Origin: Lachnospiraceae bacterium
GTDB taxonomy: Bacteria; Bacillota; Clostridia; Lachnospirales; Lachnospiraceae
Direction: 5' to 3'
Assembly: GCA_021202075.1 (NCBI GenBank)
Contig: JAJQDT010000116.1
Location: 127,821 to 191,820, forward strand
DNA length: 64,000 bases
Shown here in pieces: positions 9,969 to 20,511 of the stretch (its first letter is position 1; each line of letters starts with the position of its first letter). Made by a program: the position numbers and the translations under genes. The notes under the pieces are model-generated. The model was not told the origin of the DNA and ran no database searches. It worked only from the letters and a program-made list of their open reading frames with translations.

Positions 9969-10150
9969 TTAGGTCTTTTAGATATTAAAAGAGAAGCGGC
10001 AACCCGCTCAGGAACTGCCGTAGCTAGCAGACGACTGGCAAAAAACCGCTTCTCTTCTCTGCAGTTATATTATATTTATTTAAATTTATCAATAATATAT
10101 TTGCAATTTATAGTGAACGATCATCCACATCCGCCCCGAAAGGAGCTTCT

Positions 10151-11101
10151 ATGAAAAAAGACATGACCTATGGCGGCCTGACGGCCGCCCCAGGCGAAAA
10201 AGTACAGGGTTTCGTTCCGCTCGGCCCGTCCGGCGAGACGATCCCCGCGACCCTGATCAACGGCGTTGGCGAAGGAAAAACCGTCCTGATTTCCTCCGGC
10301 ATCCACGGCAGCGAATATCCAGGCATCTTAACCGCCATGGAGCTCGCCCGCGAGCTGACACCAGAGCAGATCAGCGGTCAGCTGATTCTTTTGCACCCGG
10401 TCAACACCGCCGCATTTTATCAGCGGCTCAGCTATATCAACCCCGTAGTCGGCGAAAATCTGAACCGCCTCTATCCCGGCTCACCGGACGGCTCCATGGC
10501 CGAGCAGATAGCCTGGTACATGGGCATGGAATACCACAAACGCGTTGATTTTGTCCTCGACCTGCACGGCGGCGACATCCCGGAAGCCCTTCCGCCCTAT
10601 GTATACGCGCCTGGCATCGGAGATTCTGCGGTTCTGAAAGCATCCATGGACGCGGCTCTGCTGGTAAACGCTGATTACCTCGTAAAATCAGCCTCAACTA
10701 CCGGCTTTTATAACTCCTGCGCCATCAACGGCACCCCCGCAATCCTGATTGAGCGCGGCAGCCGCGGCGTCTGGTCCCGTGAAGAGGTTAAAACCTACAA
10801 GGAAGATGTGTGCAACCTGCTCGTGCACCTCGGACTGCTCGGCGGCGTTGTGAAACAGCCCGCCCGCAAGGCACACATACTCACCAATGTCGTCTACCTC
10901 GATGCTCCTGTTTCCGGCTGCTGGCTGCCGGAGGTGACACTCGGAGAACATGTCCAAAAAGGGCAGCGCCTCGGCGTCATCACCGACCTCTTCGGCAATA
11001 TGCTCGAAGAAATCCAAGCGGAATTCGACAGCATCATAGTCTGCTGCGCCGTTTCACTCGGAATCAAAAAAAGTGATCCGCTGATTACTTACGGAATATA
11101 G
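10151..11101 (+). CDS. Succinylglutamate desuccinylase/aspartoacylase family (M14) hydrolase
   Basis: GIHGSE, NLNRLYPG and DLHGGD motifs; C-terminal barrel-sandwich hybrid region. Confidence 0.9.
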   Translation: MKKDMTYGGLTAAPGEKVQGFVPLGPSGETIPATLINGVGEGKTVLISSGIHGSEYPGILTAMELARELTPEQISGQLILLHPVNTAAFYQRLSYINPVVGENLNRLYPGSPDGSMAEQIAWYMGMEYHKRVDFVLDLHGGDIPEALPPYVYAPGIGDSAVLKASMDAALLVNADYLVKSASTTGFYNSCAINGTPAILIERGSRGVWSREEVKTYKEDVCNLLVHLGLLGGVVKQPARKAHILTNVVYLDAPVSGCWLPEVTLGEHVQKGQRLGVITDLFGNMLEEIQAEFDSIIVCCAVSLGIKKSDPLITYGI

Positions 11102-11149
11102 CAGCTTTTCACCTTCTGTTTCTCTGTAATCTGCGCACAGCCCAGTCCG

Positions 11150-11385
11150 AACTCTCATGCCCGCTTTGCGGGCACCACTAAATATGAAGGTCGTCTGATA
11201 TCCATGCTCTTAGCCATGCAAGCATGGCACGATTTGTCCTGATTCGCTTGCGAATCGAGGACGCAGGCCTGTCTATTGGCAACACTTTTATAGTAATAAT
11301 TATGGCCGAGTGGCAACCTGCCCAACCGCTGCCGACGTATTTTTGTGGAATACGTCCGTTGATTTTCCGCAGGAAAATCGATAGA
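11150..11385. repeat. Cluster of short hairpins including repeat module B
   Basis: GTCCTGATTCGCTTGCGAATCGAGGACGCAGGCC resembles 20583-20617 and 6075-6104; several other perfect hairpins nearby. Confidence 0.6.
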
Positions 11386-11695
11386 ATAGCAAGAAACGTT
11401 CCAAAGTATAATTGAATAAGAATCACATGAACGACACAAGTGGTGCTATGCACGTAAATCTGATCACGGAATTATGTAACAACTGATCGGATTGCGTCAA
11501 TATAACCGCTTGTGTTTTTTTGTCGCTTATTCCCGCAGTGCTCCGTCACTCGAGACACTTATTATGCTTTTCCGAACGCTACCAGATTTTGTAACTGACC
11601 AGAGCAACAGATCCCATCTGCTTTTTTCACTCAAATGCCGGCGGGAAGTTGGTCTAAATAGTTACATAACGATTTTAAAAAAGGAGATAAAAGAG

Positions 11696-12232
11696 ATGCC
11701 CAAGAACCAGTTTCAGCGAATGATTTTCGCACTTATCACTGTCATCATTACCGTACACGGATATGTATTTTACAGCCTGTACGTCATCAACGGAGCAATC
11801 CTTATGGAAGTGACCGGCGCCGACAGCGTCCTCCACGCCATCCAGGCACAGGGCGGTGTATACATGTTCGGCCGGATGCTGCCCATCTGGGCGCTGATCC
11901 TGATCGAGTTCTGCTTTGCCTACGCGCTGGAGTGTATGCTGGGAAGCCCCTGCTCCTTCAAGCTCGCCTGCATGAATTTCGACCCGAAGGAGACGCATCC
12001 GGTGATTTTTGAGAGCGCGGTCATCTGCGCGACCGTCGGTCTGATGGTTCCCACGATGAGCTTTCTGGCTGCACTGTTTTACTACCCGTATTACAATGGA
12101 TTTCATATCCTGACGTTCCTGGCGAACTGGCTGAAGCTGGTATGCTACAATTTCCCGTTCGCATTCTTCAGCCAGCTGTTCTTTATCCAGCCGCTGGTGC
12201 GGACGATCTTTAAGAAGATTTTCCGGCAGTAA
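11696..12232 (+). CDS. Membrane protein, DUF2798-like
   Basis: MPKNQFQR start with AAGGAG RBS; several TM segments; C-terminal NFPFAFFSQLFFIQPLVR pattern. Confidence 0.75.
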   Translation: MPKNQFQRMIFALITVIITVHGYVFYSLYVINGAILMEVTGADSVLHAIQAQGGVYMFGRMLPIWALILIEFCFAYALECMLGSPCSFKLACMNFDPKETHPVIFESAVICATVGLMVPTMSFLAALFYYPYYNGFHILTFLANWLKLVCYNFPFAFFSQLFFIQPLVRTIFKKIFRQ

Positions 12233-12280
12233 ACTCAGAAATACATGACAGCGTTTTCGGCAAAAATGTAATTGCAGTCA

Positions 12281-12325
12281 AATACCCCCTGCGGAGTCTC
12301 CAAACGGCCCTGCAGGGGATTTTCT
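12281..12325. terminator. Probable bidirectional intrinsic terminator
   Basis: CCCCTGC...GCAGGGG stem between convergent genes, followed by ATTTTCTT. Confidence 0.55.
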
Positions 12326-12328
12326 TGC

Positions 12329-14581
12329 CTACATTTTTCCAAACATTCTGGCAATAATTGCTTCCAGCTCCGGATCAAGATCCTCATCATCTTCCATGTC
12401 GTCCGGTTCAAAATTACCGTCTTCAAATGGAAACGAGTCCTCTAAATCCTCACCGCTAAAAATCTTATCATCCACTTCACGGCACTGAGCAATCTCCGCA
12501 AGAAGGTCTTTCATCGCCGGGTCGCGGCTTTCTTTCATTAAAGCTCTGGTTTCCGTTTCGGCACGGTCATACTCACCATCCATAATCAGGTTGTGAATCT
12601 GTAAATATCGAACCTGGTAATTTGTGCCACCAATCTTTCCCATAAAGTGATCGTAGTCCTCGAAGCTGGTGTTCTCATCACAATACATGTCATATAATTC
12701 CATCTGCAGTTCAGGCGACATCTCCGTCAGACCAGTGGTCTTCCCCGGCTTCTTCCATTTCTTCTTTACCGGAAAAAGTGCAATTCCATCGATATCAAAA
12801 CCAAACTGTTCCATCGCCTCATAGCGGCTGTGACCACGAAACAGAGGAATCGGCGTCTCCATAGCCAGCTCCATGGCGGTTCCCCAAAGGCTACATTCAT
12901 CCTCAAGTCCTGCCCGATCCGGCAGCCTCAGATCCTTCCGGCATCTCGCAAGGATTTCATCCACCGTACAGCCCTCCAGCACTTTTACCAGCGTATCTGC
13001 CAGATAAACCTGCAGTTCCTCTCCCGAAAGGTCAAATTTCATAGAGAGGCTTGTTAAGTACAGCGCCCACTCCGGTAAATAATGAGCGATACCGCAGGTA
13101 AGAGCTCTGACATCTTCTTTCGAAAAAACCTTATAAGGGATTTCCGGATGCTTCCGATACTGCTGCATCATGGCAGACGGATCAAAAGCGCCGTGAATCA
13201 TCCAATTTCTTCCTCTCTCATCCGTAGCGGAAAGAATGCAGTCCAGATTGTAACGGCAATGCCAATACACAAAGCGGAGAAAATCCTGCAAGGTCGTGCA
13301 TTTCGCAAAGCAGCTTGCGTAAAGCCGGTAAATTTCCTCAATCTCAGCCGCGCCATAGACCGTCAGCAAGGCAAGAAGTGTTTGCGTATCGGCTTCTATC
13401 GTATTGTACGTTCTCTTCAGTTTTTTCCCTTTTTCTACAGGTAAAATGCTTTCTAAGTCTGCGGCCACAGAAATCTCCGCAACCTTCGTATCACCTTCCT
13501 TCCTAAAAAGGAGCTCTGCGAAACCCAGGTTCACAAGCTTGCCGACCGCCTCTATGCTATCAGGAAGCGGAGCATTTACCACATTGCCGAAACAATATTG
13601 ACGAATCCATTTATATTCATCCAGGAAAAAGATATAGTACAGGCTTTCCGGATGCTGCCGAAATGCATCGAGTACCATGGCTGCTTTTTTTCTCTTGCTG
13701 ACATTATTCCTGGCCGAAGCAGGATTTACTGCGGAGAACTTGCAGAACTCCTGAAGTCTCCGGTCCTCCTCACAGGAGAGAATCTCCAACGCATTCTTCT
13801 CCGACCGGATTACATCAATCCGATAACCTCTCTTTTCTCTCATATTAGAGGCAAACTCAAACCAGCGTTTTACAAACTCATCCGTTTTTGTGTCCGCAGA
13901 ACTCGGTCGAACTTCTATTTCATTCCCAGCTCCTGTCAACTCATTTATATCCAGCGTACCATTTAATATTTCTCTGATCACTTCATAGTTTGATTTTGGC
14001 GGAAGCCCGTTCTCTTTATAGATCTGCTGTATCAGATCAAGTGTCTCTTTTATTTTTTTCTGATCCGCTTTCGACTGAAGCTCCTGTGCCTGCTCTCTGG
14101 ACGCTCTCCGTTTCGGGAATGTCAGCTTCTCCAGCTGTGAATTGACAGCCTCCATAGAGAACAGCTTCCGGCCGGAATCCTCCTCATCGCCCCAACTGTC
14201 CTCAAAAAAATTGTCCCCTTTTGACTTCAACACAGATGCATACCGTTTCCCATAAGACAACTCGTCCTTTTCAAAGATAATTTTATGCCTCCAGTCATCG
14301 CCGAAATCATAGGTATAGCGGATCCATTTACTGTTGCTCAGGAAATCATCAACGGTTGTCTTTTTCTCATTTAGCTCATCGCCGCTTGTCGCCGCCTCCG
14401 GCAAAGAGATACAGATATCGTCCGACGTCCGGAAATCATGCAAATGACAGTCTTCCCACCCGAAAACAATCTGAAGAATCTGGTGCAGATCATAAAAGGT
14501 AATCGCCTCAGGCAGAATCAACCTCCGCCAGACGGGCGGATGCGTATCTTCAATCGTGATTTTCACTATATGTCCGGCCAT
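12329..14581 (-). CDS. pRiA4b ORF-3 (IS1096 TnpR-like) domain protein with long C-terminal region
   Basis: N-terminal PPVWRRL...LHQILQIVFGWEDCHLHDF...YTYDFGDDWRHKI motif; acidic tail. Confidence 0.85.
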   Translation of the reverse strand: MAGHIVKITIEDTHPPVWRRLILPEAITFYDLHQILQIVFGWEDCHLHDFRTSDDICISLPEAATSGDELNEKKTTVDDFLSNSKWIRYTYDFGDDWRHKIIFEKDELSYGKRYASVLKSKGDNFFEDSWGDEEDSGRKLFSMEAVNSQLEKLTFPKRRASREQAQELQSKADQKKIKETLDLIQQIYKENGLPPKSNYEVIREILNGTLDINELTGAGNEIEVRPSSADTKTDEFVKRWFEFASNMREKRGYRIDVIRSEKNALEILSCEEDRRLQEFCKFSAVNPASARNNVSKRKKAAMVLDAFRQHPESLYYIFFLDEYKWIRQYCFGNVVNAPLPDSIEAVGKLVNLGFAELLFRKEGDTKVAEISVAADLESILPVEKGKKLKRTYNTIEADTQTLLALLTVYGAAEIEEIYRLYASCFAKCTTLQDFLRFVYWHCRYNLDCILSATDERGRNWMIHGAFDPSAMMQQYRKHPEIPYKVFSKEDVRALTCGIAHYLPEWALYLTSLSMKFDLSGEELQVYLADTLVKVLEGCTVDEILARCRKDLRLPDRAGLEDECSLWGTAMELAMETPIPLFRGHSRYEAMEQFGFDIDGIALFPVKKKWKKPGKTTGLTEMSPELQMELYDMYCDENTSFEDYDHFMGKIGGTNYQVRYLQIHNLIMDGEYDRAETETRALMKESRDPAMKDLLAEIAQCREVDDKIFSGEDLEDSFPFEDGNFEPDDMEDDEDLDPELEAIIARMFGKM

Positions 14582-14832
14582 AGAATACTCCCTTCATTTT
14601 TATCATCTGTTTATCTTGATTATACGCGAGCCTAGTGATAAAATCAATGAATCATTCCTTTCTTTCTCGCGAAGTTTCTTTACTTTCTCCAGAATATAAA
14701 TCTGCAGGCCCTGAACAACTGTATAAATTGACTCAATGCCCAGGGATCTTCCTTCACACTGGCGTACCGTTCATTGTGGCGCTATCGGACTATCGCCTTC
14801 AAAATTTTCGAGTTATCGCTCTGTTTCGTTTA

Positions 14833-16048
14833 CTGATAAACTGGAAGCTGTCTGCTTGAGGGTTCTTTATAGTAGCTAATTTTCACCCTCAAATATTTTA
14901 CCAAATTCTTCTTCTATTTGTTCGATCGTAGGCATAGACCCCCTATAATCCTCTGGAACGATTCTGGTAAGTTCATATTCGGATATACCAATTGGTACAT
15001 TCACAACATTTACAGCATACTGTGCCAGCACATTATCTTTGGTTTTGCAAATAAGTAATCCAACCGTCGGTCGCTCCATATTTCCTCTGAGAATTCCATC
15101 GACTGCTGATATGTATGTACCTAGCTGTCCCATATCCGCCGGCTCAAAATCCCGCGTTTTAACTTCAACAACAACATAACAATGCTCTTGGATATTGTAA
15201 AAAAGCATATCCAGAAATTGCTCTGTTTCGCCCACAAGCAATCGGTATTCTCTGCCTACAAACGCAAATCCTTTGCCTAATTCCAATAAGAAATCTTGAA
15301 TATTGCTCATCAAAGCATCTTTTAATTCCTTCTCATCATAATTTTCTCGCAGTGTTAAAAAATCAAAATTATATGGATCCTTGGTAATTGCCTTAGCAAG
15401 ATCACTACCATTAGCAGGTAACAACATTTCAAAATTAGTTATGGCTTTCCCTTGACGTTCATACAAATCAGTACCCAGGAAATTCATCAAGACTGCTCGT
15501 GACCAATTGTTTTCAATGGTTTTCTCAATATAGAACAAGGCTTTTTGCTGATTATCCGAACATTTATTGATTATCTGTATCATATGTCCCCAGGGCATTC
15601 GAAAAATTTGTTCATATTGCGAAACAGATTGTTTCTTAATTTCATTTTCTTTTTCTTCCAATTGCGAAACAACTTGTTTCGCAATTATCTCATCAGAAAA
15701 CAAACGATAAAACTGATTCATATAGAGTAGATTTCTAGGCGAAAAAGACTTTGCATCAGGAAGCAATTTTTTCAGATCCTTGCTAATCTGTGAATAAAAA
15801 TGCGAGCCCCAATCATATGATGATTTCGCTTTTTCCATATCACGTCCAAGCGACCAGTAAAATTTAAGCATTTCTTCGTTAACACGCACAGCCGCCTTTA
15901 TTTGGCAACTTCTATATCTATCACTTATATTGTGAATCCAGTTTTTGTATTCATCATCGATTTTTATTATTTCATCCATAGATTACTCCCCTTATAATTG
16001 GCATACAAATAGTATATCATGTTGTTACGCCAAATTCCGATTTATCAG
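14833..16048 (-). mobile_element. Putative single-gene cassette bounded by imperfect inverted end motifs
   Basis: CTGATAAACTGGAAGCTG (14833-14850) versus CAAATTCCGATTTATCAG (16031-16048), 14/18 inverted match, enclosing the AT-rich YhcG gene. Confidence 0.55.
14876..15979 (-). CDS. YhcG/DUF1016 PD-(D/E)XK nuclease family protein
   Basis: KDPYNFDFL, ELGKGFAFVGREY, DMLFYN...VVVEVK, GQLGTY and GLLICK motifs; AT-rich. Confidence 0.92.
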   Translation of the reverse strand: MDEIIKIDDEYKNWIHNISDRYRSCQIKAAVRVNEEMLKFYWSLGRDMEKAKSSYDWGSHFYSQISKDLKKLLPDAKSFSPRNLLYMNQFYRLFSDEIIAKQVVSQLEEKENEIKKQSVSQYEQIFRMPWGHMIQIINKCSDNQQKALFYIEKTIENNWSRAVLMNFLGTDLYERQGKAITNFEMLLPANGSDLAKAITKDPYNFDFLTLRENYDEKELKDALMSNIQDFLLELGKGFAFVGREYRLLVGETEQFLDMLFYNIQEHCYVVVEVKTRDFEPADMGQLGTYISAVDGILRGNMERPTVGLLICKTKDNVLAQYAVNVVNVPIGISEYELTRIVPEDYRGSMPTIEQIEEEFGKIFEGEN

Positions 16049-16072
16049 CCAGTGTTTTATATAAAAATAGCA

Positions 16073-16415
16073 TTAGTCCAATCCTGTGGTTCCTTTTACA
16101 ATATTTTCGATATCTCTCCTACCATAAAACGCTCGAACAACATTAACAACGTTCTCTTCTGCCTTAACTTAACCTGATAATATATAATGAAATTATCCAC
16201 CGGCAATTTATGTACTTCCATCAAGTGCCAGGGTTCCCATTCAACCAAAACATAGCGTTCCGGCATGTTTGCCAATGAACGTGCTTTTTTCGAATACGTT
16301 TTACCTGAGCGACAGCATTTTCCAGTGCCAAAAGTTCATTTGCTATGCAGTTATAGATCTCTCTCAAATCTCCCAACGCATCCGCAGAATAATTAATCCT
16401 GTGATTTTCTGTCAT
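16073..16415 (-). pseudogene. RelE/ParE family toxin, two frameshifts
   Basis: N-terminus INYSADALGDLREIY; one A missing in the A6 run (16285-16290) and a GTTAA duplication (about 16164-16173); repairing both gives ...SLANMPERY...VDNFIIYY...VVRAFYGRRDI. Confidence 0.85.
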
Positions 16416-16717
16416 ATGCCGAACTCCTTTGCAAGTATATCATCCACTTCATCCGCAGAATATATATTCCCCGCATTGATAGAGTCTATACCCTTTTGAA
16501 GCTCCGCATTCAGCTGTTCCCTGGACATCGCGCCGACAGATAATGGTTTAGACGTTGGTAAACGCAAATCAAATGGCATGCCATTCTTTAGCACAATCTG
16601 ACTATAAAACATTTGAATGGCACTGGATGGAGAAATTCCCAACTTAGAAAGGATACCCTCAGCACTATCTTTCAGATTAGAATCTATTCTTGCGTAAACA
16701 ACACTGGTATTTGCCAT
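16412..16717 (-). CDS. RelB/DinJ family antitoxin
   Basis: VYARIDSNLKDSAEGILSKLGISPSSAIQMFYSQIV...GMPF; overlaps the toxin start (ATGA). Confidence 0.9.
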   Translation of the reverse strand: MANTSVVYARIDSNLKDSAEGILSKLGISPSSAIQMFYSQIVLKNGMPFDLRLPTSKPLSVGAMSREQLNAELQKGIDSINAGNIYSADEVDDILAKEFGI

Positions 16718-16750
16718 AATACCGCCTCCGTTTTCTTGAAAATGTACCAT

Positions 16751-16776
16751 CAAATGCTTACGATTGCAAGCATTTG
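16751..16776. promoter_or_regulatory. Palindromic operator upstream of the TA operon
   Basis: CAAATGCTT-N8-AAGCATTTG. Confidence 0.6.
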
Positions 16777-16803
16777 TTTTGGCTGTATGACCCGGCTGTC
16801 TGG

Positions 16804-17706
16804 CTATGCCTGTCCACGATTAATCACACCAGGCTGTCCCTTCACATACCTCAAAAATTCCTCCGCCGCATGCGAGAGCGGATGGTTCTTGTTCCAGATC
16901 AGCACATAGGACGCCGTCATCTGCGGATTGACCAGCCGCTTGATGCACACGGAAGCGTCCGTCCCGATGTTCGCGGAAGCCGGATAAATCGTGATACCGA
17001 CATTCTGCCGTGTCAGCTCATAGGCATTCAGCATATGGGCAATCCGGCAGCGAACCTTCAGATTTTTCTCCGGGGAGGACAGCCAGCCTGAGATCTCCTG
17101 CAAGCGCGACTCCCGGGATGGAATAATCAGATCATACTGAATGACCTGCTGAAAATCCACCGTATCACCAGGCTCCTGCGCGAGCGGGCAGGAAGACGGA
17201 ATCATCGCAATCCATGGCTCCGAATAGACGGGAAGCGCGTTGATTCCCTCCGCATTGTGCGGCTCCATGATCAACGCCAGCTCACACAGCCCCTTCGTCA
17301 GACGGTTGACCACCTCGTCCGAATTCCCATTCCAGAGATTATAAGTGACATGCGGATGCTGCTTCTGAAAGCCCGCGATCCACTGCGAAAATAGCGCCGG
17401 CGCATGTCCTTCCACCGAAGCAAGATAAATCGTGCCATGCAGTCCGCCATGCATTTCCTTCACGTCCTCCGCGGACTTGTTTACCAGATCCACCACCCGC
17501 GCGGCATACTGGCGAAACACCTGCCCTTCCTCCGTCAGCTGCAGCGCATGCGGTTTCCGGATAAAAAGAGCCACGCCCAGCTCCTCCTCCAGATCTTTGA
17601 TCTGACGACTCAGAGGCGGCTGCGCGATGCAAAGCTTCTCCGCCGCCCGCGTGAAATTCATCTCCTCCGCCACCGCCAGAAAATAACGGATATGCCGCAA
17701 TTCCAT
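16804..17706 (-). CDS. LysR family transcriptional regulator
   Basis: MELRHIRYFLAVAEEMNFTRAAEKLCIAQPPLSRQIKDLEEELG HTH. Confidence 0.95.
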   Translation of the reverse strand: MELRHIRYFLAVAEEMNFTRAAEKLCIAQPPLSRQIKDLEEELGVALFIRKPHALQLTEEGQVFRQYAARVVDLVNKSAEDVKEMHGGLHGTIYLASVEGHAPALFSQWIAGFQKQHPHVTYNLWNGNSDEVVNRLTKGLCELALIMEPHNAEGINALPVYSEPWIAMIPSSCPLAQEPGDTVDFQQVIQYDLIIPSRESRLQEISGWLSSPEKNLKVRCRIAHMLNAYELTRQNVGITIYPASANIGTDASVCIKRLVNPQMTASYVLIWNKNHPLSHAAEEFLRYVKGQPGVINRGQA

Positions 17707-17772
17707 GCGATACACACCTTCCCTTCTCAAATATTGTTTACCACCAGGTTCTTTCCGCACATTTCAAATTCT

Positions 17773-17793
17773 ACGATACTTTAAAGGTATCGT
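17773..17793. promoter_or_regulatory. LysR recognition site
   Basis: ACGATAC-TTTAAAG-GTATCGT, containing ATAC-N7-GTAT, between lysR and the divergent small ORF. Confidence 0.75.
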
Positions 17794-17915
17794 CAACCGT
17801 TTGTTATATGTATTTTACAGATTTCAACTCACGCGGTATACTACAGCCATAAAGAAACACAAACACCGCATTGATTGAATACAATGCAATAGCAAAACCA
17901 AAAGGAGGAATTGTT

Positions 17916-17993
17916 ATGTTGAAGTTAATGAGAAAAGCAGCGATGTTTCTGGAAGATTATTATGAGAGCTTTGCGACACCAAATTTCCGGTAA
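17916..17993 (+). CDS. 25-aa small protein MLKLMRKAAMFLEDYYESFATPNFR
   Basis: Strong AAAGGAGG RBS, divergent from lysR, followed by hairpins and a terminator; below the ORF-track cutoff. Confidence 0.6.
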   Translation: MLKLMRKAAMFLEDYYESFATPNFR

Positions 17994-18108
17994 TCAGCCA
18001 AATAAAGTGAATGACGCAGCAATATTTGAATAAAACAAAGCTCCCGCCATAATCACTGTGGTTCGCACAGGGCAGGAGCGGGATTCTGAATCCTTTCGGA
18101 TATCAGAG

Positions 18109-18147
18109 CAAAAAGGATACCCTTCTGGCGGTGGGTATCTTTTTTTG
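18109..18147 (+). terminator. Intrinsic terminator
   Basis: AAAAAGGATACCC...GGGTATCTTTTTTT. Confidence 0.75.
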
Positions 18148-18339
18148 TCACGATGCATGGCGCAAATGCCGCCTTTTCGGGTTGCGGGCAAAGTCTTCCA
18201 TATGATATACTGCTCTCATATGAGCAGCCCGTATCGACATTTCATATGAGATTCGAATGTTATGAGAAGAAAATCGCCTCTTATAACACTCAACTTCTTG
18301 CAGTACGGCCTGTTAATAAAACACAGGGAGGGTTTTCAA

Positions 18340-19725
18340 TTGAAGCTATCGATGAAAGAAAAGGCATCCTACGGTCTCGGTGCTGTGGGAAAGGACATGG
18401 TCTACATGCTCTCGGCAAGCTATGTCCTTTATTATTATCAGGACATCTGCGGTGTAAACGCGATCGCGATGGGCATCATCCTGATGGCTGCGCGTGTGTT
18501 TGACGCATTCAACGATCCAATCATGGGAGTCATTGTTGCAAAAACAAAGACCCGGTTTGGAAAATTCCGGCCGTGGCTTCTGATTGGCACAATACTGAAC
18601 GCGATTATTCTGTTTTTGATGTTTTCGGCGCCGCCCGCGCTCAACGGCTCCGGTCTGGTCGCATACGCCGCAGTCACCTATATTCTCTGGGGCATGACCT
18701 ACACGATCATGGATATTCCTTATTGGTCCATGATCCCGGCATTTACGGAAGGCGGCAAGGAGCGTGAGAACCTGACAACGCTCGCCAGAAGCTCGGCCGG
18801 GGTGGGCTCGGCACTGATCACCATCATCACCATGATGAGCGTCATGGCATTGGGCGGCGGCGACGAGCGAGTTGGTTTTAAATGGTTTGCCCTGATCATA
18901 GCGGTGCTGTTCGTTCTTTTCATCAGCTGTACCTGTCTGAATATCAAGGAAAAATCGACTGTGGACATGGATTCCCCGTCCGTCGGTCAGATGTTTCAGG
19001 CGCTGATCCGAAATGACCAGGCGATGGCAGTCGTGATCACCATCGTGCTCATCAACTGCTCCGTCTACATCACCTCGAATCTCGTGATTTATTTCTTCAA
19101 ATACGATTTCGGCGGTGATTCCTGGTACAGCTCCTACACGCTGTTCAACACCTTCGGCGGCGCAACGCAGATTCTCGCGATGATGCTGTTTTTCCCGCTG
19201 CTGCGGAAGTTTTTTAACGCTATCCGCATTTTCTACATCAGCTTCGGAATGGCAGTGATCGGCTATCTCGTGCTGCTTGTTCTGGCATTCACAAATATGT
19301 CAAACATTTTCCTGCTGTTCATCCCGGGATTCCTGATTTTCGCGGCGAACGGCATGCTGACCGTGCTCACCACCATCTTCCTCGCGAACACGGTGGATTA
19401 CGGCGAGATTAAAAACAACCGCCGCGACGAGAGCGTCATCTTTTCCATGCAGACCTTCGTCGTGAAGCTTGCCTCCGGCATCGCCGCACTGGTCGCCTCC
19501 GTCTGTCTCGCAGTGTGCAATTTAAGCTCCGACACCGACGCGGCAGCCTCCACAGCAGCGGCAGCTTCCTCCGTCGCCGGACTGCGCATGACCATGACGC
19601 TTTTCCCCATCGCCGGACTGCTTATTGCCGTTTGGCTCTTCCACAAAAAGTATCTTCTGACCGATGAAAAGATCGAAGAGCTTGCGGCGGAAATACGGGT
19701 AAGGCGGGCAAAAAATCCCGGCTAA
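18340..19725 (+). CDS. GPH family (MelB/LacS-like) sugar:cation symporter, MFS
   Basis: EKASYGLGAVGKD, DAFNDPIMG...KTRFGKFRPW, DIPYWSMIP, VDYGE; TTG start after GGGAGG. Confidence 0.92.
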   Translation: MKLSMKEKASYGLGAVGKDMVYMLSASYVLYYYQDICGVNAIAMGIILMAARVFDAFNDPIMGVIVAKTKTRFGKFRPWLLIGTILNAIILFLMFSAPPALNGSGLVAYAAVTYILWGMTYTIMDIPYWSMIPAFTEGGKERENLTTLARSSAGVGSALITIITMMSVMALGGGDERVGFKWFALIIAVLFVLFISCTCLNIKEKSTVDMDSPSVGQMFQALIRNDQAMAVVITIVLINCSVYITSNLVIYFFKYDFGGDSWYSSYTLFNTFGGATQILAMMLFFPLLRKFFNAIRIFYISFGMAVIGYLVLLVLAFTNMSNIFLLFIPGFLIFAANGMLTVLTTIFLANTVDYGEIKNNRRDESVIFSMQTFVVKLASGIAALVASVCLAVCNLSSDTDAAASTAAAASSVAGLRMTMTLFPIAGLLIAVWLFHKKYLLTDEKIEELAAEIRVRRAKNPG

Positions 19726-19727
19726 TG

Positions 19728-20498
19728 TTATTGATTCATGGCATCTACGATTTCCGCAGGCTTCACCGTCATTTCCGCCCATGCCGGGACAAACCCGCTT
19801 TTCACCGCATTGCGCGCGGAGCGGATGTTCGACCAGGCGCAGCAGTAAAAGGGCACTTTGTCTCTTTGCAGAATTTCCATCGCCAGATGGCCTGTCAGCA
19901 CCGAGGCAATTCCCTTTCTGCGATACCCGGGAAGCACATCCACGCCAATCTGCCACATGCTGTCGCAATCCGCAGAGCATCCCGCCAGACCGATCAGCAC
20001 CCCGTCATCATAGGCCCCAACGCCAAGTACATCCAGGTGCTTCCTGTCCGCGCAAAGGGCGTTGCTCCACTCTTTTCTGTAGAGCTCCGCGAAATCCGTC
20101 TGATGCAGAATTCTCATCTCATATTCACAGGACCGCGGCTCCAGTTTATTCGTATCCGGCATAAAATATTCTGCCATAAAGCAGACCTTCTGCCCCATCG
20201 GGCGGATTCGATCCTCCAGCCAGTGCATGGCAGGCGTCTCAAAGCAGTGATAAAATTCAAATTTGTGAATATATTCCCGGACAATCTCTTCATACTCCGG
20301 CTTTACAGAAGCGACCAGATTGCTGCCATAAGACACAAAATTGCAGGTGATCGGTTCCTTATAATACTTCCTTGCCCGCTCCCCGAGGGAAAACGAGGTC
20401 ATCACGGGATCCTTTCTCTCAAAATCCTCCACCCTGCAGTTCATCTCACAGGCGGATTGCCGCATGGCAGCCTCCAAAATTTGCTGATTTGAAAGCAT
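19728..20498 (-). CDS. GNAT family N-acetyltransferase
   Basis: QIGVDVLPGYRRKGIAS motif A; NIRSARNAVKSGF. Confidence 0.88.
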   Translation of the reverse strand: MLSNQQILEAAMRQSACEMNCRVEDFERKDPVMTSFSLGERARKYYKEPITCNFVSYGSNLVASVKPEYEEIVREYIHKFEFYHCFETPAMHWLEDRIRPMGQKVCFMAEYFMPDTNKLEPRSCEYEMRILHQTDFAELYRKEWSNALCADRKHLDVLGVGAYDDGVLIGLAGCSADCDSMWQIGVDVLPGYRRKGIASVLTGHLAMEILQRDKVPFYCCAWSNIRSARNAVKSGFVPAWAEMTVKPAEIVDAMNQ

Positions 20499-20511
20499 TT
20501 TTATCCTCCTC

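Noticed and set aside
12329-14581. pRiA4b/TnpR domain as evidence of an IS or plasmid
   Set aside because: No transposase, terminal repeats or plasmid genes adjacent; the domain is common on chromosomes.
16280-16295. A-AAA-AAG slippery heptamer in the ParE/RelE gene suggesting programmed -1 frameshifting
   Set aside because: A second lesion (GTTAA duplication near 16164-16173) still breaks the frame, so simple decay is more likely.
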